64,000 bases of DNA from Savitreella phatthalungensis. Taxonomy: Eukaryota. Both the position numbers and the translations under genes were made by a program. Positions within the stretch are counted from its first letter, which is position 1. Every line of letters begins with the position of its first letter. The stretch is taken from assembly GCA_051599415.1 (NCBI GenBank), contig AP039702.1, positions 372,001 through 436,000 on the forward strand. The letters run 5' to 3'. Shown here piece after piece: positions 11,379-22,263 of this stretch. Under the pieces are notes generated by a model. It was not told the DNA's origin. It saw only the letters and a program-made list of their open reading frames with translations, and made no database searches.

Positions 11379-12779
11379 ATGGACTCGTCACATCCCTACT
11401 ATCAGGGAATGCCTAGTGCAAACCCGTACGGCACGAGTTATCTTGGTTATAATCCCTATCAACCCTTTCAACAGGGGCAGCCGCAGCTCGACGCGGGAGC
11501 TGGCGGTCATCAAGGGACAACGTCAGGACCGAGCGGGCTTCCGCAGGGAGGTTCTGTAGGGTCGACAGACGACCAACAGATAGGCGCAGGCGGTCCGCCG
11601 TCGAAGAAACGTAAAGCCGCGGGCAAAAAGGCCGGGCTGGGCGGTAAGATGGACGGTTCCATACCGGGTCCAGATGGGCTTTCACGTTTACACGATGGTA
11701 GCGCTGGCGAGTACGATCCTGCAGCCCTCGCCGGACAGGCCGGGTCAGGCATAGGTGGCATTCCGGGTGGGCCAGGGGCGGCGGCGGCGGCAGCCTTCAA
11801 TGATCCATTCGCCAATGTGACGCGTGGCTTGGACGGCATCCACAAATCCCTCCTTTCTCGTTACTGGCAAACAACCATCTCTGAGATGGAAGATCATGAA
11901 CATGATTTCAAGACACATTCGCTTCCACTCGCTCGGATCAAGAAGGTCATGAAGGCCGACGAGGACGTTAAGATGATCTCTGCTGAAGCGCCTGTCCTGT
12001 TTGCCAAAGGCTGCGAGATCTTCATCACTGAGCTCACCATGCGCGCCTGGATCCACGCCGAGGACAACAAACGCCGGACATTGCAGCGATCAGATATCGC
12101 AAATGCAATCGGACGCAGCGATATGTTCGACTTCCTCATCGATATCGTGCCTCGGGAGGAATTCGTGGCGAACAGGGCAGAAGACAGCGGGCCCTCTAAT
12201 CACTCTGTCCCTAGTGGCGCTCACATGGGTACCGGACATGGATCTGCAAATATGATGTCGCATGCCGGCGGCCTGCCTGGGATGCCGGGACCCGGTAACG
12301 ATACCAGTGGTGGTCTGAAAATTCCGGCAATGCTGCCCGGCTATGGAGCTGATGGTCATCACATCTACAGTGGCTTCGGTGGCGAGCACGGCCCTGGCAC
12401 CTACGAGGCTCGCTATGGCCAACAGTCCCAGCAGACACAGCAGCAACAGCAACAGCAACCACCACAACAGCAGGGGCTTCACTACTACGGCCACTCTGGA
12501 TCTGTCGGTCAGCCGCAATCAAATCCGTCGAGTACCCAGCCGTCCCAAGGAGGTCCCGGCGGCTACTACGTCGACCCGATGTACCAGAGCTACACACAGC
12601 ATCAGCAGCACCAAGGGCAAATTCAGCATCAGCCACATACAAGCGGCCCACAGCATCAGTCTCACGGCTCGATCGGTGGCAGACAAAATGGTAATGGCAC
12701 CACATCTGCCGGCAGCGATGGCGCGGCCGTGGTTGGGCAAGCAAGTGCTCTTGGTCGCAGTGGGCGAGGATCACGCTGA
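11379..12779 (+). CDS. HAP5: CCAAT-binding factor subunit C (Hap5/HapE/NF-YC), histone fold
   Basis: [67 protein letters not shown]...[10 protein letters not shown], with Gly/Gln-rich flanks. Confidence 0.95.
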   Translation: MDSSHPYYQGMPSANPYGTSYLGYNPYQPFQQGQPQLDAGAGGHQGTTSGPSGLPQGGSVGSTDDQQIGAGGPPSKKRKAAGKKAGLGGKMDGSIPGPDGLSRLHDGSAGEYDPAALAGQAGSGIGGIPGGPGAAAAAAFNDPFANVTRGLDGIHKSLLSRYWQTTISEMEDHEHDFKTHSLPLARIKKVMKADEDVKMISAEAPVLFAKGCEIFITELTMRAWIHAEDNKRRTLQRSDIANAIGRSDMFDFLIDIVPREEFVANRAEDSGPSNHSVPSGAHMGTGHGSANMMSHAGGLPGMPGPGNDTSGGLKIPAMLPGYGADGHHIYSGFGGEHGPGTYEARYGQQSQQTQQQQQQQPPQQQGLHYYGHSGSVGQPQSNPSSTQPSQGGPGGYYVDPMYQSYTQHQQHQGQIQHQPHTSGPQHQSHGSIGGRQNGNGTTSAGSDGAAVVGQASALGRSGRGSR

Positions 12780-13238
12780 GCAGACCCAAAAAAACAGGAT
12801 GTAGATAGCGAGGTCGTCAAGCAAGATGAACAATATTGACCAATTGCTCTGTCTTGAAACGATCCCCGATAGTCGCGTGAGCGCAAACCTCTGCTGATCG
12901 AAGGAAGACAAACATCTACCCGTGTGCGAGGAATGGCGCGCATACGTTTTCAGGTCTATTGAGCATACGGACGTACGTTACATAAACCTCACAGCTAATC
13001 TATCTCCTTCAAACTGTATCCGTGTTGGCGTCGATCACATGCTTCATAATTATTTTTTATATTTAGAACACCGCACATACGTGCATGTTAGAACCGCGAA
13101 TCGTTCATGCAATCGAGATCTCCCATTCGTGCGGGACCGGTCGATTGATTGTGGGGATCACGTCGTGTATCTAAGGCCTCGATCGACTAGGACTTTGAGA
13201 GCTACTGAAGCAAGTTCTCGCCGCAGTGCGCAATTGAC

Positions 13239-14984
13239 ATGCTCCGGCGACGACTCACCGTCCAAGAACGGCCCATCGTGCTCTACTCACCGGTAGTTTG
13301 GGAGGACAAAGAAGCTTTCCCGGACAGCTTATCGACGGATTTAGTGCGTCTCGAGCCGCATGCGAACCATGAATATCCCGACGTTCGCGGATCGGACGTA
13401 CTGATGGACGTCGAGGAGCCGGACGATCGACAAATCGTTCTTTGTTGGGACACCGAAATCACTCTAGAACATTGTGCGGCCGACAGACTCGCCAGCATCT
13501 TGGCCGCAAGAAGAGGCGCAGGTCTGCTTCTATTGGATCCGGAGCTCGCACTGGAGGACGCAAATGAAGTGATTGAGACACTCCAACGGACGCGTACGCG
13601 CCAGAATGCTTTCTATCGCTTCTCCGCACTGCTGATAACAGAAGTCAAGGCGTTGGATCTAGCGCAAGCGGTGTACAAGCGACGCGTAACGCTGCCGGAG
13701 ACAGTTCTGATCACGCATGCTGGACAGGGCGAACCATCCCGCAGTGTAGTTGAAGCTGCGCAGCAGCTGTCACACTTGCTTCCCTCGGAACAGGCCCTAT
13801 TTGTTTTCTCGGCTGATGGAGGCGCCGGGGTATGGCGGTATTTCGGTGGTCGATGCGTCAGTGAGAGGTTGGATGAAGATGTAGCCGACCGGATAGCTTA
13901 CTTCCTCGGCCCCCGGGTAACACTCGAGCGCTTCGACGCTCTTGCCTGTCCTTCCGGAATGCCACCGACCCTGCGGAAGTGGTTGCCTTCTGCATCGGCC
14001 GGCGGCCCGGGCGTACCGAACCTGCGCGACACAGCTGTCGGACATTTTCCGAGAGGACTTCTGTACAGGTCTGCAGATTTGCAAAGTCTCGCGAAAGAGT
14101 CGCAGTGGCGAGCATTGGCGGAGAAGATTAGATGTATAATCGACCTTCGCAGCATGCCTGAGGTGCGTCGTAATGGCGCTTTGGGGCCGGTTGATCACGC
14201 CAATGACACTTCCTTCGAAGATGAAATGTTACGAAAATACGCGATTCGCCGGATCCATGCCCCGATCTTCCTCGAGAAGGACTATTCGCCCGAGGCAATA
14301 GCCCGGAGACATTCCTTGTACAAAGGTGGCTCGGAGGGATTTGTTGAGGCATATAAGGGCATTCTAACCAATCTCGGACCGACGATTCAACTGCTTGTAC
14401 AGGAACTTGTGAAGTCGATCGACGCACGTCGAGAACCCTGGAGCGCGTCTGCTACTATGTCCGACGCGCGGGGCGTCTTGATTCATTGCTCCGCGGGTAA
14501 AGACCGTACAGGGGTGCTATGCGTACTGATGTTAAAACTCGCTGCGATTGAGGAGTGGGCGATCACCTACGAGTATGCACTCACCCGACGAGGCCTTCGC
14601 ACGCAGCGCGAGCGCATTCTGACCTCCGTGGCTTCTCTCGCTGCTGATAGCGGTCATCGGGACGGCAGGAACCGCAGTGAAGGCCAGGACGAAGCGCTGC
14701 GCCGTGCAATGTCGATGATGGATGCACCGCCACACGTCATGCGCAGGACTCTCTATGAGATTCGAGAGCACGGTGATTCATATTCGCCTTGCAAGGACTT
14801 CTCTGGTTGGCAAGGCGGACAAGTTGCAAACCCAATCGAACGCTTCTTGCTTCGTAAAGGCGTACCCAGCAAGCAATTGGACATTCTGGTCCCGTATCTG
14901 CAGCGCGACGCAGGGCCCTTAGGCAGCAATAGCCAGTCGGGGGATTCTCGCTGGCCATTCGAGCCCCCACTTGAAAAATTGTAG
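13239..14984 (+). CDS. Protein tyrosine/serine phosphatase (Y_phosphatase3/IphP-like) with a long N-terminal extra domain
   Basis: PNLRD, LLYRSA, IIDLRS, active site VLIHCSAGKDRTG (CX5R), EYALT. Confidence 0.85.
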   Translation: MLRRRLTVQERPIVLYSPVVWEDKEAFPDSLSTDLVRLEPHANHEYPDVRGSDVLMDVEEPDDRQIVLCWDTEITLEHCAADRLASILAARRGAGLLLLDPELALEDANEVIETLQRTRTRQNAFYRFSALLITEVKALDLAQAVYKRRVTLPETVLITHAGQGEPSRSVVEAAQQLSHLLPSEQALFVFSADGGAGVWRYFGGRCVSERLDEDVADRIAYFLGPRVTLERFDALACPSGMPPTLRKWLPSASAGGPGVPNLRDTAVGHFPRGLLYRSADLQSLAKESQWRALAEKIRCIIDLRSMPEVRRNGALGPVDHANDTSFEDEMLRKYAIRRIHAPIFLEKDYSPEAIARRHSLYKGGSEGFVEAYKGILTNLGPTIQLLVQELVKSIDARREPWSASATMSDARGVLIHCSAGKDRTGVLCVLMLKLAAIEEWAITYEYALTRRGLRTQRERILTSVASLAADSGHRDGRNRSEGQDEALRRAMSMMDAPPHVMRRTLYEIREHGDSYSPCKDFSGWQGGQVANPIERFLLRKGVPSKQLDILVPYLQRDAGPLGSNSQSGDSRWPFEPPLEKL

Positions 14985-14989
14985 ACTGA

Positions 14990-16066
14990 TTAGAAAGCCG
15001 GCAAGCTTTGGACAAAGCGATCGAGTGCCATGCGGAACAAGTCATTGTTGACCAGCCGGCTGTCTCCGTACCAGCGAATCATAGGCCGGACGTCAAATGC
15101 GTCAGCACGAGCTTGTTGAGCGGGTACTGCAGTACCTGCTTTCCGAGACGCTTTCATCTCTGCACGCAGCACTCTGCGTCCTTCTGCGAGCGCGTCCGTG
15201 ACAGTGGGGGCGTCGTGAACTTGTGTGATATATTCCAGCGTGCGCTTGATGTCCCCAGGGTAGGCGATGGTTTCTGCTGAGTTTGTCTTCTCCGGTGCCT
15301 GGCTGCGTGTCGTGTCTTCGAGTGCTACTTCTTCAAGCTGGCTGACAGTCTCCGCCACGTCATGTACGATTGGCTCGACATGAGGCTCTGGGTACTCGCC
15401 TTCGCTATCAAACATGCCCCCAAGCGCAAATAGCTCCGGCGCTGTGAAAGGATTCTTGACAATGTAGTCGCAATAAAGCGATTGATAGATCTGCTTGAGC
15501 ACGACTTGCCAGTTGAGTGTGCGTGCATCGCCACCAGGATGGGTGAGTGGCGTTAGGAGGGCATTCGCAGTCATCAATCCAGGCTTGTTGCCCAGGTTAA
15601 AGATCGGCACAAATGAGCCGCCACCGGCAGGAGAACCTGCAGTGGACGCTGTATTAATCTGACCAGCAGCTGTAGCAACGCTCGGCGAAGTGACAAGGAT
15701 CAGACGAACCGATGAAGGAGATTCGAAGACGTGCATCGAGTAGCCGGCGGTCGTGAAGCTAAAGAAGCTGTCGCGACCGCGAGGTATTGAATCGTCATCG
15801 GCGACAAAAGCAGTCGAATCTTGCGCTGCGCCGTTGCTTTCGCCGTCCACCGAGGAGCCATCGTTGATCGCCGACGGAAATTGACGATGATCCTCCTGAT
15901 TATCTGCAGGCGCGAGCTTCCGAATAACGTTACGCAGGGAGAAGACAACTCCGAACACCAGCTTGTCAAGGTCTCCCGGTGAGAGCTTGTGTGACGGCCG
16001 ACGCCAATGATGAGCGAATATGGGCGCGCAGTCTCGGTCGTACATATGAAATGAGTAGACCGCCAT
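14990..16066 (-). CDS. BET5: TRAPP complex subunit Bet5/TRAPPC1 (sybindin/longin fold) with large insertions
   Basis: Start MAVYSFHMYDRDC (ATG 16066); KLVFGVVFSLRNVIRKL; FSFTTAGYSMHVFESPSSVRLILVTSP; LKQIYQSLYCDYIVKNP; NNDLFRMALDRFV. Confidence 0.82.
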   Translation of the reverse strand: MAVYSFHMYDRDCAPIFAHHWRRPSHKLSPGDLDKLVFGVVFSLRNVIRKLAPADNQEDHRQFPSAINDGSSVDGESNGAAQDSTAFVADDDSIPRGRDSFFSFTTAGYSMHVFESPSSVRLILVTSPSVATAAGQINTASTAGSPAGGGSFVPIFNLGNKPGLMTANALLTPLTHPGGDARTLNWQVVLKQIYQSLYCDYIVKNPFTAPELFALGGMFDSEGEYPEPHVEPIVHDVAETVSQLEEVALEDTTRSQAPEKTNSAETIAYPGDIKRTLEYITQVHDAPTVTDALAEGRRVLRAEMKASRKAGTAVPAQQARADAFDVRPMIRWYGDSRLVNNDLFRMALDRFVQSLPAF

Positions 16067-16432
16067 CGGTCGCAGGCTCCCTAGGGCGAGATGGCCCGCG
16101 CGTGTCGTCACACGTTCTACCTAAGTGTCTCCACAAATAACCGGCTATTCATTTCGTCTTAAAAAGGCGCGTGCGATTGTATACTGTCCAGGTGTTTGCA
16201 CGCTGTGTCCTAAAGCGAGCGCACTCATAGCCACGCTTCGACTGATCCAGGCAAGATCACGGAGCATGATTCTCAAATCGGCGTCACTGAGCGTCAGGGA
16301 CATTGATAGAGGCTTCGGGTCATTATGTAGCTGTACGGTGCTTTCAGAAATGGTATGAACACGCTTCAGATGGTCGTCATTTGCTCGCGGACTGGTGCAG
16401 CCTTGTGAGCGGGTGTTGTCCCTTCAGGATCT

Positions 16433-18505
16433 TCAGAAGATCGAGCCGTTGGCGAAGAAGACGACGGCAGGAAAAGAATAATCAAGAGCTCTTTGCCCAT
16501 AGCAGTAGGCAACCCGGGCAAAATGAGGTGTCTGTAAATCAGCAGACGTCAAAGGCTCACCCAATTTCGTGGCGAACCAACCCGCGCCCGACTTCAGGAG
16601 CTGTTCAGTCAAGTTCACAAAGGGTGCAGAGCCACGATAGCGCTCTACATCATCGACCAGAAGTGAGAATGCATAGCCGGCCGGTAAGTCCTTGGAGGAC
16701 CAGCTCAGCATTCCTTGTCCCGCACGACCAATCCAGCTGTTATCATCCGGCAGGAGAAAGTCTGGGACAACAGATCCAATCGCTGCATCTCCACGCAACT
16801 CAGCAATCGTTTGAACGATGGAGTCAAAGCCCCAGCGAGCAATACCGTTGATGAAAAGTCCAAGCAGGACTGATTGGTAAAACATTGATGGTCGTGTCTG
16901 CAGACCTGTGCCCGGCAAGAAGAGAATTGCGAAGATGTAGTGATGGATGCGCAACTCGGAGCTAGGCAGCATAGCTAGCATGATCAAGCCGGCGAACATG
17001 CTCGCATAGACCATCAAGTACCTGCCGAGAATGCCTGCTTTGCGCATAACGACCATCTGGCCCACAGCGATGGTAAGAATGAGGCAGGCTCCGCCGATAA
17101 CCCAGGCCCATCCGCCATCGCGGTTAATGTCAGAAATGAGAAGACGGCTGACAGGAATGGCGCCAAACACGTAATTGCTGAGGACGCCGATCCAGAGACC
17201 TGTAATGTAGAGCAACACTCTCTCCGGGGGAAATGTCGGAGACTTGAGGGTCTCTCGTCCGGCGAGCTTCCAGACGGCGAAAGCGACGAAAGACGCCGGG
17301 AGGAACGCGCCAAGGCCTCGCGACAGAAGGTCCATACCACGAAGCGGCGGCGGATCCGAGACGAGTGCAGTGTGCCAGAAGGTGGCAAAGAACAAAAGTC
17401 CGAAAAGGAGGGAGCCATTGGCTTGGAAAAATGCAAAGACGACGGTGAAAAGAATATGTACAATAGTGATTGGCCAGCGAAGATCGATGCAGCTTGGCGA
17501 ATTATCGGCGGATTGTCTTCGGCGACTTGCTTCATCAGATTCGTCGTCGCATACGCCACTCAGGAAGACATAGCTTTTGGGGAAGCGGGGAGGGAAGTTG
17601 AAGGATTCTACACCGTGGGCGATGCTGGCGTTGTAGTTTGCTTGTGAACCTTTCAGCCTGAGCTTACCGCAGCCTCCCAACATGTCGCTGATCACTCCAG
17701 CCTGGATCGCGGCTGGACAGATCCATGAATCTGACCGATAGAGCAATGGAATCTCGTCATTGCCAAGTTCCTCCTGTCGCTCATCTTCTGTCCTTGCAAC
17801 CGGGCCACCACCTATAATCAGTGGTTTTCCGACGATACGTTTGTCGCCAACAACACGGGGATTGAGCAGCCTCGAGGATGCGCAACCGGATGGACAACGG
17901 AACGCTAGTTCGTAACCCCAGAAGGGCTCGCAATCACGCCCGTCTATGCCGCAGCCATTGCGATCGAGCCATAGGCTGGATTCGCACGCGAGATACTGCA
18001 CTGACTTTGTTCCGATCCTAACAGAGCCGCGATGCTCTGCGTTACCGTGGCGCTGGTCCGGCCGCACGTAAGACCGGTCAGTGCTCCAGGGAGCTGCGAG
18101 TCTACCGTCTGGATCGATGTCGTCGGAGACAGGAGCGGTATCGGCAGAATCGACAACTAGAATGTTGTTTGGCATAGCTACAAGCGAGCGCGGAGAGAGG
18201 CTCGGGCTCCAGAAATGTGTGAACCAGACGAGGCCACCGACAACGCCGATCCACACGATGTAGAAGATGGTCCAGGCAGCAGCCACCTTGAGCTTGCCAC
18301 GGCGGGTTTGCGCACTTGATAAACTGTTCACGCGGATTTGCCATCGCACTCCAAGAAAGCGTAGAGGACGTACACGTGGTAGATCAAGGCTTTTGCTGTG
18401 AGCCGTCTGCCGATTGGAATCCGCAGTTGACGACTGGTCCAAGTCTGTACTGAAAAGGACATTACTTTGCTGAAGCAACGCTTGGCGCTCATCAGACGTG
18501 GCCAT
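16433..18505 (-). CDS. LCCL-domain polytopic membrane protein (conserved fungal family)
   Basis: Probable start MATSDER (ATG 18505). NGCGIDGRDCEPF, FRCPSGC, YRSDSWICPAAIQAGVI (LCCL), several TM helices, LRIHHY, GLFINGIARWGF, FSLLVDDVERY. Confidence 0.82.
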   Translation of the reverse strand: MATSDERQALLQQSNVLFSTDLDQSSTADSNRQTAHSKSLDLPRVRPLRFLGVRWQIRVNSLSSAQTRRGKLKVAAAWTIFYIVWIGVVGGLVWFTHFWSPSLSPRSLVAMPNNILVVDSADTAPVSDDIDPDGRLAAPWSTDRSYVRPDQRHGNAEHRGSVRIGTKSVQYLACESSLWLDRNGCGIDGRDCEPFWGYELAFRCPSGCASSRLLNPRVVGDKRIVGKPLIIGGGPVARTEDERQEELGNDEIPLLYRSDSWICPAAIQAGVISDMLGGCGKLRLKGSQANYNASIAHGVESFNFPPRFPKSYVFLSGVCDDESDEASRRRQSADNSPSCIDLRWPITIVHILFTVVFAFFQANGSLLFGLLFFATFWHTALVSDPPPLRGMDLLSRGLGAFLPASFVAFAVWKLAGRETLKSPTFPPERVLLYITGLWIGVLSNYVFGAIPVSRLLISDINRDGGWAWVIGGACLILTIAVGQMVVMRKAGILGRYLMVYASMFAGLIMLAMLPSSELRIHHYIFAILFLPGTGLQTRPSMFYQSVLLGLFINGIARWGFDSIVQTIAELRGDAAIGSVVPDFLLPDDNSWIGRAGQGMLSWSSKDLPAGYAFSLLVDDVERYRGSAPFVNLTEQLLKSGAGWFATKLGEPLTSADLQTPHFARVAYCYGQRALDYSFPAVVFFANGSIF

Positions 18506-19132
18506 CCTTGCGAATCTTCCGGTTGACTCTTTGCGATCCTCACGAAGAGGCGCGCAGATATAACAGCTTGCTAATCTCGTGAGAACCCAGAGACTTCTCG
18601 GTGACTTGCTCCGCCGAACAATGTAGCGCAGTTTGCGCAACCACACGAACGGCGAAACGAATCACGATGTTTCACGAAAGCCTCTGAGAAATGAAGATCG
18701 CATGGCTTGGTGTGCACGGACGATCTACTCAATACCCCACGAGAATCTCGTGTTGCGTATTGGCTAGCTGGGCAGCATGCATTCCGGAGAGCTGATTTCG
18801 GTGACCGGCATGATTATGATCGTGATCAGCGATCAATGATGAAATACAAACCAAACTCGCTGGCCCCGACGATGCGTGGCCATAGGTCAGATGAATCCAC
18901 CTCAGATGTGTGCTTTTACCCCACACCTCGAATTACTTCGATCATGCAGTTCCACAGGCGAAGATCCTACAATATATCGTTCGTCCAATTAGTTCTCGTT
19001 CGGAGAAGAGATGGACTAGTCGCTCAAGGCGCAGCGGAGCATCATGCAAGAATCGTTGGCCTAGGCCTTGTCAGTGCAGAGGACAGCAAAGGATGTAATG
19101 ATACAAGCAGTAGCAAAACCGACGACAGCTGG

Positions 19133-20923
19133 CTACAAACCAAGTTCGGCTGCCCGACAAGTGTAGATGCCGGTACACCATTCAGAATCGAGCACTTGCT
19201 TGGCCGTGAGCCGGCGTCTTGGCGACGGCTCCAGAATAGAATAGATGACGTTTCGGCAGCGTGCGCGTGATAATACTTCGATGGGCTCGTAACCGTTCTC
19301 TGACTTTCGACCTTCCAGATAGCGCGCAAAGAATTCGTCCTCGTCCTTCTTTGCCATGCGCCAGAGGTGGCGACCTGTACGCATCGCCATGTAGATGACA
19401 CCGCAGGCCCAAACGTCGACTGGCGCCGGTCCAAATTCTTTCTCCGTGTACTCCTCTGGCGCAATGTACGGGGCAGATCCACATAATCCCGCCGTCAAGT
19501 GCGCTTCCTTCTCCCATGCCATGCGGAAGCACTCGCCGTTGCCGAAATCTGCAATTTTGAGGCCACCGGAAGGAGTCAAAAGAAGGTTCTCGGGCTTGAG
19601 GTCACGATGTGCGACACCCATCTCGTGCAGATAATTGACGCCACGCATGAGTTGCTTGAAGTAACAATCTGCTTCCATCATCTCCAGCTTTCCTGCGGCC
19701 AAAATTAGCGTGTACAGATCGCCTCCGGCGCAAAACTCCATGACCTCGCAGTAATCGCCTTTCGCATCTTGCAGTAAGTCCAGCGTGTGAATGACGTTTG
19801 GATGGCGGAGGGAGGACGAGATGCAGAATTCCGATGTGAGGCGTTTCGTGTATTTTTTGTCAGTCTCATTCGGGCGTCGTCGGAATTCCTTGACGGCGAA
19901 CAGTGACTCTTTATGTGGATCATCTTTGTCCGGCTTGTGCGAGATGCGAACGATGCCGAAAGCTCCTCGGCCGATGACTTCTTGACAACGGCCGTATTTC
20001 TCTACCAGGTTCTGCGAATGTGCATCACGCGGTTTCGCTAGCTTCGCTTCGTCGGTGAGATTGAATTGATCCACCCAGCTGGTGACAAGCGACAATCGGT
20101 GCTCCTCGTCAGCCTCTTTCTGTCGCTCCTCGGCCTCGCGCTTAGCCTTGCCACCGAGCATATCTTTCAGCATGTTCCGAAGTTTCTCCTCGCGCTTCGC
20201 CTTCCTCAAATGGTGCTTGTGCGTGCCAGTCTCAGGGTCATACTCAAAACGACGAGCGACGAGCTTCTCCGCCTCTGTCATGCCAGCATATCTGTCCTCC
20301 TCCTTTTTGTGTTCATCCGGGGTACGCGTGCCGGCAGAAGCGTCGCTCGCATAGGCCGAGGTATCTTTGTCCGCCGCTGTGGTACTGTTTGCGTGTGCCT
20401 TTGTGTTCATGCTCGATTCGCGTCTTCCAGACTGGGAGAACATGCGCTGGAGGCGCGAGATAGTCTTTTTCGTCGTCGTCTGACTCTGTGACTCGCGATG
20501 TTCCATGACGACGGGGCGAGCGGCGGCGCCTCCCGCTGAACTGCCACTGGAAGGGTCTAAAGTGCCGATGCCGTTATGAGTCGCCCCGTTGAGCGTTGGT
20601 GATGTTGTGCCAGACGCGGAACCGGGCGACGTTGGGCCATCTCGCCCGCCATGGCTCGTGCCGCGAGTGAAGAATGCCTTTGCTGGGCGAGCAGGCTCTC
20701 TTGAAGCCGTGCTGCTGGAACCAGGCGATCTTGTGCCGCCTGTATTTGATTCTGTAGGCCTGTGCGAGATGTAGTCACCTTCATCTTTGCTATTGGCCGC
20801 TTGCGACTGTGCTGCGTCTGTTGCAGTATTGAGCGCTGACCTTGTATCTTGATAGGGAGTCGGTGTCGCAAGAGCGGAGTCGGATTCCTCAGGAATCGAG
20901 GTGGCAGTCAGATCAGTCGTCAT
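19133..20923 (-). CDS. HAL4: HAL-family Ser/Thr kinase (Hal4/Sat4), regulator of cation transport
   Basis: Start MTTDL (ATG 20923); [78 protein letters not shown]. Confidence 0.9.
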   Translation of the reverse strand: MTTDLTATSIPEESDSALATPTPYQDTRSALNTATDAAQSQAANSKDEGDYISHRPTESNTGGTRSPGSSSTASREPARPAKAFFTRGTSHGGRDGPTSPGSASGTTSPTLNGATHNGIGTLDPSSGSSAGGAAARPVVMEHRESQSQTTTKKTISRLQRMFSQSGRRESSMNTKAHANSTTAADKDTSAYASDASAGTRTPDEHKKEEDRYAGMTEAEKLVARRFEYDPETGTHKHHLRKAKREEKLRNMLKDMLGGKAKREAEERQKEADEEHRLSLVTSWVDQFNLTDEAKLAKPRDAHSQNLVEKYGRCQEVIGRGAFGIVRISHKPDKDDPHKESLFAVKEFRRRPNETDKKYTKRLTSEFCISSSLRHPNVIHTLDLLQDAKGDYCEVMEFCAGGDLYTLILAAGKLEMMEADCYFKQLMRGVNYLHEMGVAHRDLKPENLLLTPSGGLKIADFGNGECFRMAWEKEAHLTAGLCGSAPYIAPEEYTEKEFGPAPVDVWACGVIYMAMRTGRHLWRMAKKDEDEFFARYLEGRKSENGYEPIEVLSRARCRNVIYSILEPSPRRRLTAKQVLDSEWCTGIYTCRAAELGL

Positions 20924-21415
20924 GAGTAGGTGCTCTTGGAGCGCGCAGACGCACAAGCGTACGCTGCTGCTTCAACGGCGTCCACTATTTGCCTGTTACC
21001 TGTAGGTTTTTGAGTCAGACAGCGAACGCTGTGTTTTCGATTTGCCTATGCTGGACCGTACGCACGCATGAGCGTTTACCCTCACTGCGACTACGCGGAG
21101 GGAATACCTACCTGGCTCGCAATGTATGCGTGCGAGTGGATTTCGGCAGTTCCTTTTGCAGCTGGATTAGAATGCGCTTCTCAGCGCGGACTCGATGATC
21201 TAATTATTTCGGACGCGCGTATTCAAAAGGAAATCCTTCTTTAATTTTAGTTGAAAGGCGCAATAAATTGAAAATTTCGCCTCAGAAATGCATACATCTT
21301 ACTTAGATCATCTCAAGGTCGGCGGAGACGAGATCAAGCTGAAAGAAAAGGCTGGAAGGGAGATAGAGTGTGGGTAGGGCAAGCCATCTAGAGCCTTATA
21401 TCACTGATCCAGAAA

Positions 21416-22200
21416 TTCTACCTCTACATGCGTATAAGATCTCAATGATCAAATTCAACTCCGCAGGATTTGCAGATCAATTGTACGCTTGAAGCAAATT
21501 GCGCCAACTCGATCATTCACAGCTAGTCTATCGATGGCATCTCAAAAAGTACGTAGGTAGAAATTAGGTCGTCATTCATCAAGTGGGGACTACCAAGGAG
21601 GGTAATTTCGATTCGTCAGCGTCGAAGGATTGGCTGTTCGGGTTTCATCCATGGTGAAAGACGGCTGTTGATAGACTCATCTACCCGGCTGTGACGTGCA
21701 TTTCCCTTCATGTATAGAGCCTGAAATCTGTTTTTTCAAAACCCTTTCGCCTGACCATTCACCAGATTCCGGAGAGGAGGAGTCGAGTGCCACAAGCCTC
21801 AGGATATCCTCTCCTGCAAGACCGACAGTCAACCTCTGCCTGTATAGTCGTACTTCACCATGGTTCGTTCCCAGAAAGCACTGAAGTGACTGCAATCGAA
21901 AGCAGTGAAGTTCCTACCGAACGCGGATGCATGGGCTCAGTCAATCACCCGACTATCGACTACAAGCCTTGCTAGCACAAAAGTTCTGTGTTCGATCGTA
22001 TTCTGTGCTATATTGACTGAGCTCGAACGAGATGAACCCGCTCAACAGCCGGATAGTGCAGTGTTTCATGAATTCTAGCCCACTCGGTCCGGCTGGAGGG
22101 CTCTCTCGTGGCGGAAGCTTCTGCGGTGCTTCAAGTGCTTATCACTATGCCTAGATCCAGAGTGCTGCATATTAATTCTTCAGAAAAAAATGCTTTCGAC
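21416..22200 (+). ncRNA. Candidate large structured non-coding RNA (identity unknown, boundaries approximate)
   Basis: No credible ORF. Several nested long-range helices read by eye (e.g. 21649-21658/21854-21863, 21933-21945/22012-22024, 21632-21649/22031-22050). Mismatches resolve as G-U pairs on the + strand. Confidence 0.5.
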
Positions 22201-22263
22201 ATGGTCACTGGCCTGACGCACGGTGACGGGCAAGTCATCGTTAGATACCGCAAATCTCCTATT

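Noticed and set aside
21878..21912. Hammerhead-like CTGA...stem...GAA segment inside the structured block
   Set aside because: The core reads CUGAAGUG and GAAG rather than CUGANGA and GAAA. Other CTGATGA sites (~27929, ~41424) also lack the downstream GAAA.
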